DNA of 64,000 bases from Chiloscyllium plagiosum. Lineage: Eukaryota. Positions 11,821 through 24,606 of the stretch are shown piece after piece. Every line of letters begins with the position of its first letter. Position 1 is the stretch's first letter. The position numbers and the translations under genes were made by a program. The notes beneath the pieces were generated by a model, which had not been told where the DNA came from, did not search any database, and saw only the letters and a program-made list of their open reading frames with translations. The DNA lies in the NCBI RefSeq assembly GCF_004010195.1, contig NC_057711.1, forward strand, positions 71,931,142-71,995,141, written 5' to 3'.

Positions 11821-12579
11821 CTTTTGGACATCATGAGACATAGATTCAGGGTAACACACAAGAATAATAAATACTGTAATTTTGTCTCTATTTGATGCAT
11901 TTGTACTTGGGCAACAGACACAAGCCTGAACCGTAATTGCATTCAAGATGTTCTCTTATAAAACTTGGCAAAGATTGAAGGTTTGGTGCTGGTGCTTATG
12001 CCCATAAATGAAAAATTGAGGAATTTGAATCATTTTTCTTTTGAGGAAGATGGCAGGCTGGTGATGGGAGTTTATTGAGCAATAAACATACAGTCGATAG
12101 CACACTGAACCCTGGGAAGCCATTCTAATGCTTGGTGCCCTGTCTCAATCTGCACACATTTATGAAGGAGGTGCAGATTCTCATCCTGGAGTGGACTGAA
12201 CAGCCTTTCTCATGTAGTGCTGCATATAGAATTGGAAATGCTGCAGCTTTTCCTTGCCTGGAATGGACCAGAGGCAAGTGTTTATGCTCTGTGCTGGCCT
12301 AATCCTAACCCGAACCTACCTAGCCTTCATCCTCACTGTAACCCTAACGCTTTCACAGCTGCAAGGAGTGATATCCACATTCCCGTTGTTGCTGATCTCA
12401 GTGACAGAGCTCCATTATAGGCTTCATATTCAAGCACATGCACTCACTCATTGGTCCTTGCTCTAACTGAAGTGTTCCCTGAAGACCTTGCTCAGCAGAC
12501 CCCTCTACTTTTTTCCCCTGCATTCCTACTTGCTTCTGTTTCCTTTGTTGTTCCCTCTCCCCCTCAATACCAGAGACTT

Positions 12580-13080
12580 GTAAATCATATAGAATTATAC
12601 AGTGCAGATAGGTCTTTTTGGCCTATTGATTCTGAACCAATAAAAATAACTGTATATCTACACTAGCCCCAATTACAAGTATTTAATCCATAGCCATAAA
12701 TGCTAAGATGTTTCAGCTGGTGAATTTTTCCTCATCAACTAATCTCCCAGGAAGTGCATTCCAGTTTGCCACCACCCTCTGGGTGAATTTTACTTAATTA
12801 AATCCCCTCTAACCTCATGCCTTCCACTTTAAAATTCTCCCCCTTACCACTGACTTTTCAACAGCTGCTTTCTACCTATCCTATCCATGCCTTCTTAATC
12901 TTGTACCCCTCAATCAAGTCCCCTCTTAGCCTTCAATGCTCTAGGCAAAACAATCCCAGTTGATCCACCCTCTCTTTATAGTTAAAATGATCCATCCCAG
13001 GCAACATCCCAATGAATCTCGTCCCAGTGCAACAATAATGTGGTGATCAGATCCAGCTGTGGCCTAATCAAAGCTCGTGA
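12580..13080 (-). mobile_element. Old CR1/HER1 3' fragment
   Basis: Reverse complement of CR1 ORF2 end and UTR (accaccctctgggtg...cctatccatgcc...cccaggcaacatcc). Confidence 0.7.
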
Positions 13081-13294
13081 AGTCAAATATTTTCAAGGCT
13101 GGCAAGGAGTCTAGCCCCAGCAAATCCGATGCCCAGAATTCACAAGTCTGAAGTGAAATAGTCAGTTTGGCAAACATGGTTCAGTACTCAACCAGCAGCC
13201 AAAAGATCAGACCTGCAATTAAATTGCATTGAGGAAATAAATCCCTTGATTTGCCACTATGATATGGCATCGTTGACTGTTAGCAGTATATTAG

Positions 13295-14422
13295 AAATCA
13301 CACAACATCAGGTTATAGTCCAACAGGTTTATTTGAAGGTACAAGCTTTTGGAGCGCTGCTCCTTTATCAGGTAGCTAGTGGGGCAGGATCATAGGACAC
13401 AGAATTTATAGTAAAAGATCAAAGTGCCATACAACTTATGCAATGTATTGAACAAACTTGGATTGCTTTTAAGTGTTTAATCACTTAGAATGGGTTGCAG
13501 GTTTAGATTCATTACTATGTAAACCCCAAAACCTCTTTCAAGTCACAATCCTGAAATAACTAAGTTTCATAAAAAAAGATGACAGCTCAGGTCAGACAAT
13601 GCATTAAAAGTGTGAGGTTACAGTCTGTCTGAATTCCAGCCTTGAGTCAGACTGGTTCTATTTCCAAAGTAAGAATCTGTAAAAGGTCACATGGACTGAC
13701 TGCCTAGAATGTATCTGAAAATGCAAATTCACCCCATAGACTTATTTGTGTGCGTGCGTGTGAGGGAGTGAGAGAGTGTGTATATATTTGTGTGTATGTG
13801 TGTGTGTCTGACAGAAAGCGTGTATATGAGAGAGGGCCTGAGTGAGTGTGTGTGATCATGTGCAAGAGTACGTGTGTGTGAGAGAGAGAGTGTACAGTGT
13901 AGTTGGGTCACCTGTAGTGTGACATGAACCAAGATCCTGGTTGAGGTCATCCCCATGAGTACTGAACATGGCTAACAGCCTCTGCTTGACAACTCTGCGT
14001 TGCTGCATATCCTGAAATCAGCCTTGGAGAATAGACACCCAAAGATCCGAGGCTGAATGTTCTTGACCGCATGAAGTGTTCGCTGACTGGGAGGGAACAT
14101 CCGTATCAAGCAATTGTTGTGCAGTGTCCATTCATCTGTTGTCATAATGTCTGCTTGGTCTTGCTAATGTACCATGCCTTGAAGCATTCTTGTCTACAGT
14201 GTATGAGATAGACAACGTTGGCCAAGTCACATGAATACCTGCCATATACATGGTGGGTGGTGCCCCTATGTGTAATGGTAGTATCCATGTCGACACTCTG
14301 ACATGTTTTGTAGTGGTTGCCAAGACAGGGTTGTATGGTGTTGTGGTTGATGTTGTCTTGAAGGCTGGGTAGTTTTTTTTAACATTATCTGTCCCAGTCC
14401 AACACTGGCATCTCCACATCAT
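13295..14422 (-). mobile_element. Penelope-like element family 2: GIY-YIG endonuclease remnant plus 3' repeat with degenerate HHR
   Basis: Manual minus-strand translation of ~14130-14265: GRYSCDLANVVYLIHCRQECFKAWYISKTKQTL*QQMNGH (GIY-YIG-like); degenerate HHR ctgataa-aggagcagcgctcc-aaaagctt at 13339-13376. Confidence 0.85.
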
Positions 14423-14713
14423 GTTTGCATTATGACAGCCTTATCCTGTGGGTCAATTTCACAAAAGGATTTAATTATACTGGGGACAGAATAACAGTTA
14501 ATCCTCTCCACTTAACACTTAAGTACCTAGTTCATATCTAAAAAATTGGGCATGGTGTGAATTAATTTCTATGTCTTGTGTGTTTGAGTCTGGTCTGTTT
14601 TGGTCACGTATCTTCCTGTGACAAATTGGGCACTATGTATATGAAGAATTATAGTAGCATCAGATCATAAAGTAACAACATTGAAAGTGCACAAGACAGA
14701 CTTAATTCATCAT

Positions 14714-14920
14714 ATAAGTAGAAGTGGACACTGCAGATGCTGGAAATTAGAGTCAAGATTAGAGTGGTGCTGGAAAAGCACAGTAGGTCAGGCAGCGTCC
14801 GAGAGCAGGAAAATCAACGGTTCGGGCAAAAGCCTGCTGATGAGCTTTTGCCCAAAACATCAGTTTTGCTGCTCCTTGGATGCTGCCTGATCTGCTGTGC
14901 TTTTCCAGCACCACTCTAAT
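14714..14920. mobile_element. PLE-HHR family 1 fold-back copy
   Basis: Inverted arms; TSD cttaattcatcat at 14701-14713 and 14921-14933. Confidence 0.88.
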
Positions 14921-15864
14921 CTTAATTCATCATGTGGTGATAGAATTGAGGGGACATCCCCAGATTGTGCAGTTGGTGTTGAAGTCCGGTTAACAGGCCC
15001 AGTTTGGTGTTAAAATCCAGAAACACAATTTGTTCTGAATTCTGGTAAAAAAAAAATCAGGCAGTTTAATGTTTCATCTAGCTTGTAAACTTATGGGACA
15101 TGGCAACTGAGGATCAATATTTAAATGTTTGAACATTCAAAATTAACAGTCAGGAGAAGATCAACTGATTCCATCAAACCTGCCCCACACTATAACCAGA
15201 GCGTCCTACAAAAACAAAGTAATTTATTATTTCTCAAGAACTCAAAGCTGTCCATAATTCTTCCTACAAACTGTATATCAATCCCTGTCCCTGAATCATG
15301 AGGGTCAAAAGCATATTGTGCTGATCAGGAGCAGTGACAGTGACTCACTTCCTTTGAATTTGGGTTTGGGAAGGCCAAGAGCACTCCTCATTCAGGTAAA
15401 AATATACTGAAATCTTAGCATTCATGTGGACTTATTTTTTCTGATGACACACTAAGGGTAAAGTAAAGACACAAAAGCCCAGATGTTATGTTCCCTATTG
15501 AACATATGTAAGGGGTTTAATGTCTGTTTTAGGCACTGCACACAGATTCATTAGCCCTTACCAAGGTAAGAGAAGGCAAACTTTCAGTTTGTGATAAGGG
15601 TTTGCTTCATGCTCACCAAATTGACTGCTTAGGAGGACATTTAGGCCCTCAAAAATGGGCTCTGCATGGCTGTATTTTTAGTTTGTTGTATCGCTGACTG
15701 CTGCGTTTCTTTGTCCTGTCATCTCTCCTGATCAAAGCTGGTGATATACTATGGAATATTGGCCTTTCAGCTGGCTTTCTCAGTAAGAAAAAATATTAAA
15801 AAGTGCATCATTACTAATGAAATAATCAGTGAGTTATTCATCAATGAACATTTCAAGCCATAGT

Positions 15865-16225
15865 CAAAGAGTCATAGAGTCATACAGCATGGAAACAGAC
15901 CCTTTGGTCCAACTAGACGATGTTTCCAAACTAAACTAGTCCCACCTGCCTGCATTTGGCCCATATCCCTCCAAACCTTTCCTATTCATGTGTTTATCCA
16001 AACACCTTTTAAATGTTGTGATTGTACCTGCGTCCACCACTTCCTCTGACAGTTCATTCCACAAACTAACCACTCTCTTTATAAAAAAGTTGCCCCTCTT
16101 GTTCTTTTTAAATCTTTCTCATCCCACCTTAAAAAGTGCCCCGTAGTTTTGAACTCCCTCGTCTTAGAAAAAAGGCCTTTGCTATTCACTTTATCTATGC
16201 CCTTCATGATTTTATAAACCTCTAC
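15865..16225 (-). mobile_element. HER1/CR1 3' fragment
   Basis: gagtcatagagtcata tail plus reverse-complemented CR1 3' region. Confidence 0.85.
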
Positions 16226-17459
16226 ATAAGCAACAATTTGTCTATTGAACAAAATGTATAATTAGCGGAATCAAAGGGATCAAAAGCTAAAATGAAAGCT
16301 ATCAACATGGCACAAAAAAATTGCCAGCACTGGAACAGGGAGCTAATTTTGCCACCTACATTTTAAATTGCTGTAGAAATCCATTCCTGTCAATTAATTT
16401 CTACTCTGAATAGTTCACAGGATGAAACCTGAGTCTTTACCTCTTCAAGTCTTTTGTAAATTTTCAGGTAAATACAATTTAAACCACAGGGAGGAATCTC
16501 AGCTGTGCTCAGTCCTCTGTAACTACAAAGATCAAGTGGGTCATATGAGAAAGAAACCCAAATACGCACCAGACAAAGCACCTCACATTGAAGACAACGC
16601 CCATTAGTCACTGCTGACAATTTTTTGATGACACTGTAGTCTAAAAATGTCCACAGTGACAACTCACAATACATTTCAAAGGTTATATTTTTGTGGACAA
16701 CAGTGCTTTGATATTGAAAGAAGTAAAACAACTTGTTACCAAAATTGACAGGAGGCATGTCACTGCCAGCAGGCAATGATTGCTTTACCATTCTCAGACT
16801 TTATAATAGATTCAGCAGAAAAAAAATTATATAGCTCTACAGCTGCACCACTCATATGTTTCTGAGGCTGACTGTGGTGGGAAATATTGTGATGGGAGGG
16901 CCAATCAGTTGGACTTGCAAACTAAAATAATTATGAGAACTGTTCTGTGTTATTATTCATTTCGTGTTTAGTTTTACAGTATAACAGTAGATTATTTTTC
17001 TCTTGCCAGTTATCTCCACTTTCATCATATCTCCTCCAGAAGCTTTGTTGTACTATTTCATGTGTCATTCCCTGGTGCCTTATACAAATGACCATTAAAC
17101 ATTCATATGTGAAATTTAAGCAGAATGCAGACTATTTACGCATAGGATACACCATAATTGGACTTGATTTTTATTCTGAACAGACTTCTTCACATGTATT
17201 CACAGCAGGGTTTGTGGAATAGCAAGTACAGGCAAGAACTTGTTCCTTCTTAACCAAAGAACACCAAGGTGAAGTGTAATATCACACCACGGCCTCAAGT
17301 TAGATCAGCTAACCAGGCACATCAGGGAAAAAGGTCCACTGTCTGGGTAAAGTCGGTGACTCATCATGCTTTAATTCATCATCAATATGTTAAGTCAAGG
17401 ATTCTGTCAGAATATTTGCATCCACTTAGAACTAGCCTGACCCACGAAATAGGTAATAA

Positions 17460-17600
17460 TTCTGATTTGGAGACGCTGGTGTTGGACTGGTGTGTACAAA
17501 TTTAAAAATCACACAACATCAGGTTATAGTCCAACAGGTTTATTTGGAAGCACCAAATAAACCTGTTGGACTATAACCTGGTGTTGTGCGATTTTTAACA
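17460..17600. mobile_element. PLE family 2 terminal fragment, fold-back hairpin
   Basis: ~46 bp near-perfect inverted repeat, 17503-17549 / 17553-17598. Confidence 0.85.
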
Positions 17601-18954
17601 TAATAACCCTGGTTTACTTTCACACCTGGTTTATGTTTTATTTCACACACTCATTTTGTACCTAAATATAACATGGGAATTTTTTTCTGTTTTCTTTCCA
17701 CGGAAATATTCTAAAGTATGTTGGCAGCAATTAAATCCTTAAACTTGTATTTTTGTGATTCAGTGAACTCCTGATGTGAACAGTCGGCTGTTGCTACCAA
17801 TGTTCACAATACATGCAACGCTCTCCTGCCTTTTAGAGCTAGCCAATCTCAGTATTGTATTTTCATTTGAAGGATGAGATCAACACAATGCAGGAAAAGG
17901 CTGGTTTTTTTTTGCTAGAAAGCAGCCATTTTAAAACGCCTTTCTGTGAAGTAGAAATTGATTCAATTAAATTGTTGACAGAATGTTTTTCATTTTTTTT
18001 AATTGCACAATCAGAAAAAATAACTCATAAAAAAATTAATTATCTATCTTTCCATACACAGTTACATCTTCAGTTATTTTCAGTAATATGGGATTGTTCC
18101 TGCCATGTGATAATGTACATCTAATATATCCACTTTCGAGCTCAAATGCAAAAGAGATAAGAGCCCTATTCATGGATTAGAAGAGTTGAATTATAGTGTT
18201 AGGAGGCACATGAATGAAATGCTTATGGTAATAACCACAATAGTGTTTCCAGTTTTAGTTTCTAAAAGCTATGTGCGTGAATGCATTTTCAGATGGTGAC
18301 TGACCATTCAGTCCCTTATTCCTCAAAGGTTTTTGCAATTCATTTCATGTTTATGTTGAAAGGAATGCTCTCTCTGTGCTAAGCCTATTGAAAGGGATCG
18401 CATAAAATAAGATTATATTTCAATAGCTATCGAGACAATTTATAGCTAACTAGTTCAATCTCCTGTGGTGTTGCATGCAGGGAATCAAGACCAAGTGTAA
18501 CCTGCAGGTACAATGGGTAAGGTTAGAAGCTGGTTGATAATTGGATCAGGGCATGCAAAAAAAACTCAGCTCACTTTGAATTCATGGATTTAGTTCTTAT
18601 CTCACCACTCCCATGATAAATTCAGAATAGAAAGTGTCCATGTAAACTTTTCATGCTTTAATTATAACTTTCCAATGCATTAGTTACTCTGGTGACAGTG
18701 TGACAATTATCTCATTACAAAAGTGAACATAGGAAATTATAATTGAAAAAGTTTACAGGAAGTGCTTGTAGATATAAGACTTTTAATGAAAGTTTTGCTA
18801 CTTAATCTCCTGTGGGATTGATAAACGGTATTTCAGTGCATATCTCTCATTATTGTGTCTTCCTGTTTCTCATCTTGAAGTCTTGTCCTACTTTCTCTTC
18901 TGATTTTTTATTACTTTCTTCTTTCTCTTGGTTTGGAGCTCGTAGGTGGTGTGA

Positions 18955-19175
18955 TGTTGAGTATAAGTCGCTGTAGTCCTCCTGGGTCACAGAGTTGCTG
19001 TCTCATTAGAAACAGCAACTGTTGCTGGTTTAATCTAAAGGCCACTACACTTAGGTGAGGGGAGAGGGTGAGAAGGAGAGTCCTTCATGGTAACCTCTGT
19101 CTATGTGGGAATTGAACTCAAGCTGTTCGGAGTCACTCTGCATTGCAAACCAGCCACCCAACCAACCTTGAACTT
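18955..19175 (-). mobile_element. tRNA-derived SINE (possibly MetaSINE-type)
   Basis: Reverse complement of the family at 50697-50915; B-box-like gagttcaattcc on the minus strand. Confidence 0.6.
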
Positions 19176-19319
19176 TATGTGGAGTTGTGATGTGAAAGGA
19201 TCCACAAATAGCAGTAAATGGCACTTGGAAGAGGTTTGTGAGGAAAATATGGTCTTCATTTGATCCCCTAACATCCATTCCCCAATTGCTCATGTAACTC
19301 TGATGCAATTTGTGGGGTT

Positions 19320-20200
19320 AATGAGAAGACATTTAAAATTCACAGAGCAATCAGATACCGGGGTATATGCACAATATCTGTGTTCTCACTCTTATGAGGA
19401 GTGGGTCCTGGCCTCAAAGTGGAGGGTCACAGAGACATACATGCTCCAATGATCAAATAAGTACCACTTATCATTGCTCTGAAATACTAGCATTAACCGT
19501 GTGGTCAGGGTCATACATAGGGCACTAGGAGAAAGTGAGAACTGCAAATGTTGGAGATCAAAGTCAAGAGTGTGGTGCTGGAAAAGCATAGTAGGTCAGG
19601 CAGCATCCGAGGAGCAGGAGAATCGATGATTCGGGCATAAGCCCTTCATCAGCATACAACTCTCGACTCATACATAGGGCACCACTTTCAACCAGTGGCC
19701 ATGATGTTTTCTGGCTCTTGTGTCTCACAGCTGTAGCCAATGTGTTAACTACATCAACAAAGAGCCGCCTGGAGGATACATCCTCAACCTCTGGAGGCAA
19801 CAGTTCCAGGATCCAGAGTAAACATCGACAAGGCTGCCTCCTGAAGCTCCCACTAGCTTGGACATGGGCGAAATGAGTTCAGAACTGCAGAACTCCTGAC
19901 ACAATTTGTTTCACAGATGGGTGAGAGAGAAATACCTTAGACCACTGGCACTCAGAGGACTGCAGAGATCAGTATCTCTCAGCGCACCCCACAGGAGAGG
20001 ACTCTGTAGTATCAGTAATCAGTGAGTTCATTAAAATGCAAAGGAAGGAGCAGCAGCGGCAGACAGACCTATCCAATGTATTGGCCTTCATTGGTGAAAA
20101 GCTGGAGTGATGCAACTAGTCCTGCTTCTGTCTGGCTGCCTCCATCAGCAGGTTGATAGTTGTAATGGAGAGTCAGCCTCATACCCTCACAGGATGCTGG
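19320..20200 (+). pseudogene. Decayed Harbinger Myb/SANT-like accessory ORF (downstream exons)
   Basis: gttctcactcttatgaggagtgggtcctg ~ VLT.YEEWVL with one frameshift; downstream coiled-coil-like MQRKEQQRQTDLSNVL; recalled family consensus only. Confidence 0.4.
19526..19667 (-). mobile_element. PLE-HHR family 1 insertion
   Basis: TSD tcatacatagggcac at 19511-19525 and 19668-19682; CTGATGA on minus at 19646-19652. Confidence 0.88.
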
Positions 20201-20569
20201 GGAGATGTATACACACAGACACACACACACACATTCTAACTCCTCCTTTTACCATTCTTTTGCTATTTATTCGACTGGACTCATACTGTGTGGAACTCTC
20301 CTGTAGACAATCCAGGAGCATATGTCCCTCACTGTCCCTTGTACTCCCTGTCTGTATTTGGGTAATTGAAGTCCTCCATTAAAGCTACTCTACAATGTTG
20401 CCATCTCTCTGTAATTTCCGTGCAGTTTTGTCCCTCTATTTCCTCTCCGCTAGTTAGAGGTCTCAAGACAACAATTAGCGGCTCTTGTATTTAATTCCAA
20501 CTATTGTATTCTAAGATAGTGCCGGAGAATAGCTACTCTGTCACCGGAGGGTCAGAGGCTGAGGGATGA

Positions 20570-20922
20570 AAGAGGTTTATAAAATCATGAGGGGTGTGGA
20601 TAGGATAAATAGACAAAGTGTCTTCCCTGGGGTGGAGGAGTCCAGAACTAGAGGTTTAGGGTGAGAGGGGAAAGATATAAAAGAGAGCTAAGGGCAACAT
20701 TTCACGCAGAGGTTGGTACATGAGCTGCCAGAGGAAGTGGTGGAGGTGAGTACAATTGCAACATTTAAAAAGCATCTGGATGGATAAATGAATAGGAAGG
20801 GTTTAGAGGGATATGGGCTGGGTGCTGGCTGGTAGGACGGGATTGGTTTGGGATATCTGGTTAGCATGGACGAGTTGGACTGAAGGGTCTGTCTCCATGC
20901 TGTACCTCTCTATGACTCTATA
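20570..20922 (+). mobile_element. HER1/CR1 3' fragment
   Basis: Close match to 1160-1530. Confidence 0.9.
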
Positions 20923-21159
20923 CTTGGGTACACGTGTCAATAACATCTAATCTAATCTCATCTAAATTGTGCAGCTGCACACACACAGCTGCTCCAAGGT
21001 TCCACACATGGCAATCATTGCTGGCACACCAATCGTTGCATTGATTCATAGTTGCAGAAATCACTGCTGCACATGGACCTTGGAGACTACATGGCTACAG
21101 GGAATGCTGCTATGTAATTTAGCAATGTAATTTGTCCCTTAGCTCAAACTAAATTGTAC

Positions 21160-21480
21160 TGTCCAAAACATCCTCTTTCTACAGCAATGCAATGTATTAC
21201 TTTACCAATACCACTGCCCCATCTCCTTTCTGTCCTTCTGTATATTTTCTGAAAATCTTGTACCTAGGAATGTTTAACACTCAGACTTGCCTTTCCTTGA
21301 GCCGACTTTCTGTTATTACCACAACTTCACAGCTCCACATAGCAATCGCCATTCGTAACTTCCCAATCCTATTTACTGTACCCCAATATATACCCATTTC
21401 TATACAAATGCACAGCAGCTCACTAGTAGCAGCTTCATCACACACCACCACTTTCACTTTCCTTAGTGCCAATTCGAGAG
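21160..21480 (-). mobile_element. CR1 ORF2 endonuclease-region remnant (probably continues at ~20330-20500)
   Basis: ORF 21281..21472 NRIGKLRMAIAMWSCEVVVITESRL; MEDFNYP (GDFN-like) on minus near 20360-20380. Confidence 0.65.
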
Positions 21481-22524
21481 AGATGCTACATCTCAGAATT
21501 TTACGCCAGGACTTTTTGTATTTACCATGGTGGAAACATTAAAGCCAATATAGGCATGTTTGCATTCCTGGTATTGAACAGGAGAACAAAGTGGAACATA
21601 ACTGTTTAATGTTTGCATTCTGACAACCAGTACAGTACTTGGAATTTGAACTTTGTTTAACTGGTAGAGTGGATGGTTTAGTGGTACATTTTTAAAAAAA
21701 ATACAAGGATCAAACTTGGAACCTTGATGGTCTGTACAGTTTGGTAACGCATTTCAGGGTAGATTTACTCACTAGGTCACTCTGCTTTGAAATTACAGTT
21801 CAAATATTTGCGCATGAGTACTTGATGCATGAATTTGCAATCCCACTGCTATTTTAACTGAGGTATTAACCAACTTCTGTGTAATATAGACCATAATGAA
21901 ATGATACAAAACATGATAAGTGCACAACATATTACAAGATTCTTGAGTTTTTCCATTACCAGCACTTTATGATGGTGAAATATAACTTAGTGACTAAGAT
22001 TATATCCAACTAACCACCCATTTTAGGTGAATCGTTGAAAATAAATAATAAGGAGTTGAGTACCAAACTGTTGAAAAGCCATTAGCCATGACTGAAAAAA
22101 CACAAAAGGAATTGGATTTTAACAAAATTTTAAATGTGAATAACCTCAGACCAACTATGGGCATTTTGAACTTTTAATTCCATCAAGTGTTTGTTTTAAT
22201 GGAAGATGGCTACAACCAAGAAAATGAATGCAGATATAAAGTCAGTGACTGGAAGAGTCCTGTGTGGACACATGGAAAGCCATCTTTACACAGAGTTAGG
22301 GAGATTTCAAATGGAAAGATGAAGAAAGAAATCATATTGAGAGGCTGATGACCCAAACCCCGCGCAACAGGGGGATATCTCCTATAGGCAAGGTTGCATT
22401 TTACCCTTAACCCTCCAAAAAAGGAGTATTAAAAATAAGCTTCAAGTCTTGTCTGGGTGTGTTAGTGTCCTGAAATCCTAGTGTGTGGACTAATGTGCTG
22501 TGAAGGAACACTTAGATAGCCCTG

Positions 22525-23210
22525 CATTGAATTGAATTGAATTGAATTTATTGTCACATGTACCAAAGCACAGTGAAAAGCTTTGTCTTGCGAGCAATAC
22601 AGGCAGATCACAGAGTCAAATAGTATAGATAAGTAAATAATAGCTAAACAGCAGCAAAAACAAAAACACAGATACAGGTGAATGTTAAGAGTTTGTGAGT
22701 CCATTCAGTATTCTAACAACAGTACGGTAGAAACTGTTTCGAAACCGGCTGGTGCATGTGTTCATGCACCTTCTCCCCGATGGTAGATGTTGTCGAAAAA
22801 CATTGCCAGGGTGGGATGGATCTTTGAGAATGCTGGTGATCTTGCCTTGACAGTAGGCCTGGTAGATTGATTCTATAGATGGGATGTTGGCCTTTGAGAT
22901 TGTCCAGACCCGAGTTCACCACTCTCTATAACTGTCTCTGATCTTGAATGGTACAGTTGCCATACCAGGTAGTGAGACATCCAGACAGAATGCTCTCAAT
23001 GGTGCACCTATAAAAGGTGGCAAGGGTGTTCGCCGTCATGTCAGATTTCCTCAGCTGTCTGAGGAAGAAGAGATGCTGTTGGGCCTGTGTAACCAGTGTG
23101 TCCACATGAAGAGTCCAAGAAAGCTTGTTGTGGATGACCACTCCCAGGAGCTTGACACTCTCCACTCGTTCCACCTCTGTGCTGTTAATGTGCAGGGGAA
23201 CATGGGGAAC
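22525..23210 (-). mobile_element. Rex1/Babar-type LINE, 5'-truncated
   Basis: ORF 22926..23282 ERVESVKLLGVVIHNKLSWTLHVD...FYRCTIESILSGCLTTWYGNC; (TTCAA)n tail. Confidence 0.88.
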
Positions 23211-24124
23211 ATCCCACTGAAAAATTGCAGATGAAGAAAGGAACTCACTCTGAATGCTGCCATACAACTTGAAAAGAACCAAGACAGAAGAATTTTAATG
23301 AATCTGCAAAGCTAAGAATCTCAGAATTGAATGTGCAACAACCAACAGCAATGCTACCAGTAAAATCCACTAAAATGGCTGCCATGTTCTACTGCCCATT
23401 CTTCATTAATGACTCAGAGGCTGATCCATAATTTTTTTTAACTTTTATGGTCTTTTTGGGCTCACTTTGTATTCCTAATCTGGGGTCTACTTAGCGTGTG
23501 TTACTTCTTCTTGTAGTTAGTAATTAATCATTCACTTTTTTGTTAACGCAAGAAAGCCAGGTTAAATTAGCCTCTTTTAAAACATAAATTGATTCAGTTG
23601 AAGAGAAAGGTTTCCAGAAGGGAAGTTTCCTTTTGAGATTAGCCTCCTTGCAAACCACTCAATAGGGACAGGTGAACAAAGAAGGGAAGCCAGTCCATCC
23701 CTCCTCACCTGGGCACTTAACGATTTGTAGTATCCTATCTGGAACCCAACTGGGGCTGGTTGTAACAATTATTATGATATAGAAAACAGTAGAATGAAAG
23801 ATGATTGTGAGAATGCAGAAGGGGTCAAAGTTGAAGGGTCTGAGAATATGGGAACCAATTTTTAACTGGGGAATAGTGCTGAGGTAACAAAGAGATTTGA
23901 AAGTGAAGACAAATTGTGTTTTGGGCAATGTGGAAATATCGTTTTCTGAAGAGTGATCAATAGCAAGGAGAGCTTTGGAATAATTATATTTGGAAATTAC
24001 AAAAGTATGATAAAAATTTTCTGTAATAGGAAAGGATCTCAAATAAAAACAAAGGCAGGGAATATTAGATGGCACTAACTGGTTATTAATAATGGAAAGG
24101 ATTAGGGTGTTTCATTCATTGATA

Positions 24125-24606
24125 GTTTCATTACTCTGAGCTTAAAGATGGTGAATTCAAGTCCTATTAAAGAGACTTGGAAACAAAATCCAGGTTGACA
24201 CTCCAATGCCATACTGCAGAAATCAAAATTTCGTCTGAGTCATTAATGTGAGGTTGTGGCTGAAAATGTGTTGCTGGAAAAGCGCAGCAGGTCAGGCAGC
24301 ATCCAGGGAACAGGAGAATCGATGTTTCGGGCATAAGCCCTTCTTCAGGAGGTTGTATCATGTAAAAGATACCTTGGCACTATTTTGAGAAAGGTCCCAG
24401 ATATTATTGTCAGTGTCCTGCACAATATTTATCTTTAAAAGAGCACTGTTAAAATAGATTATCCGGCTATTATTGCATTGATATCTGTGAAACTTTGCAA
24501 TATGCAAATTAGTTGCTGCACTTTCCACATTGCACATTCGTTTTAAAGTGCTTTGGTGCATCCTGAGGTTGCAGAAAGCACTATAAAAATGTAAACTTAC
24601 TTTTTC
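24125..24606 (+). mobile_element. DeuSINE (SacSINE1-like)
   Basis: Deu-domain-like gtaaaagataccttggcactatttt...gtgtcctg...aatatttatc; tail aaagtgctttgg...cctgagg...gaaagcactata. Confidence 0.75.
24258..24348 (-). mobile_element. PLE-HHR family 1 insertion
   Basis: TSD gaggttgt at 24250-24257 and 24349-24356; minus strand CTGAAGA-AGGGCTTATGCCC-GAAACATC. Confidence 0.85.
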
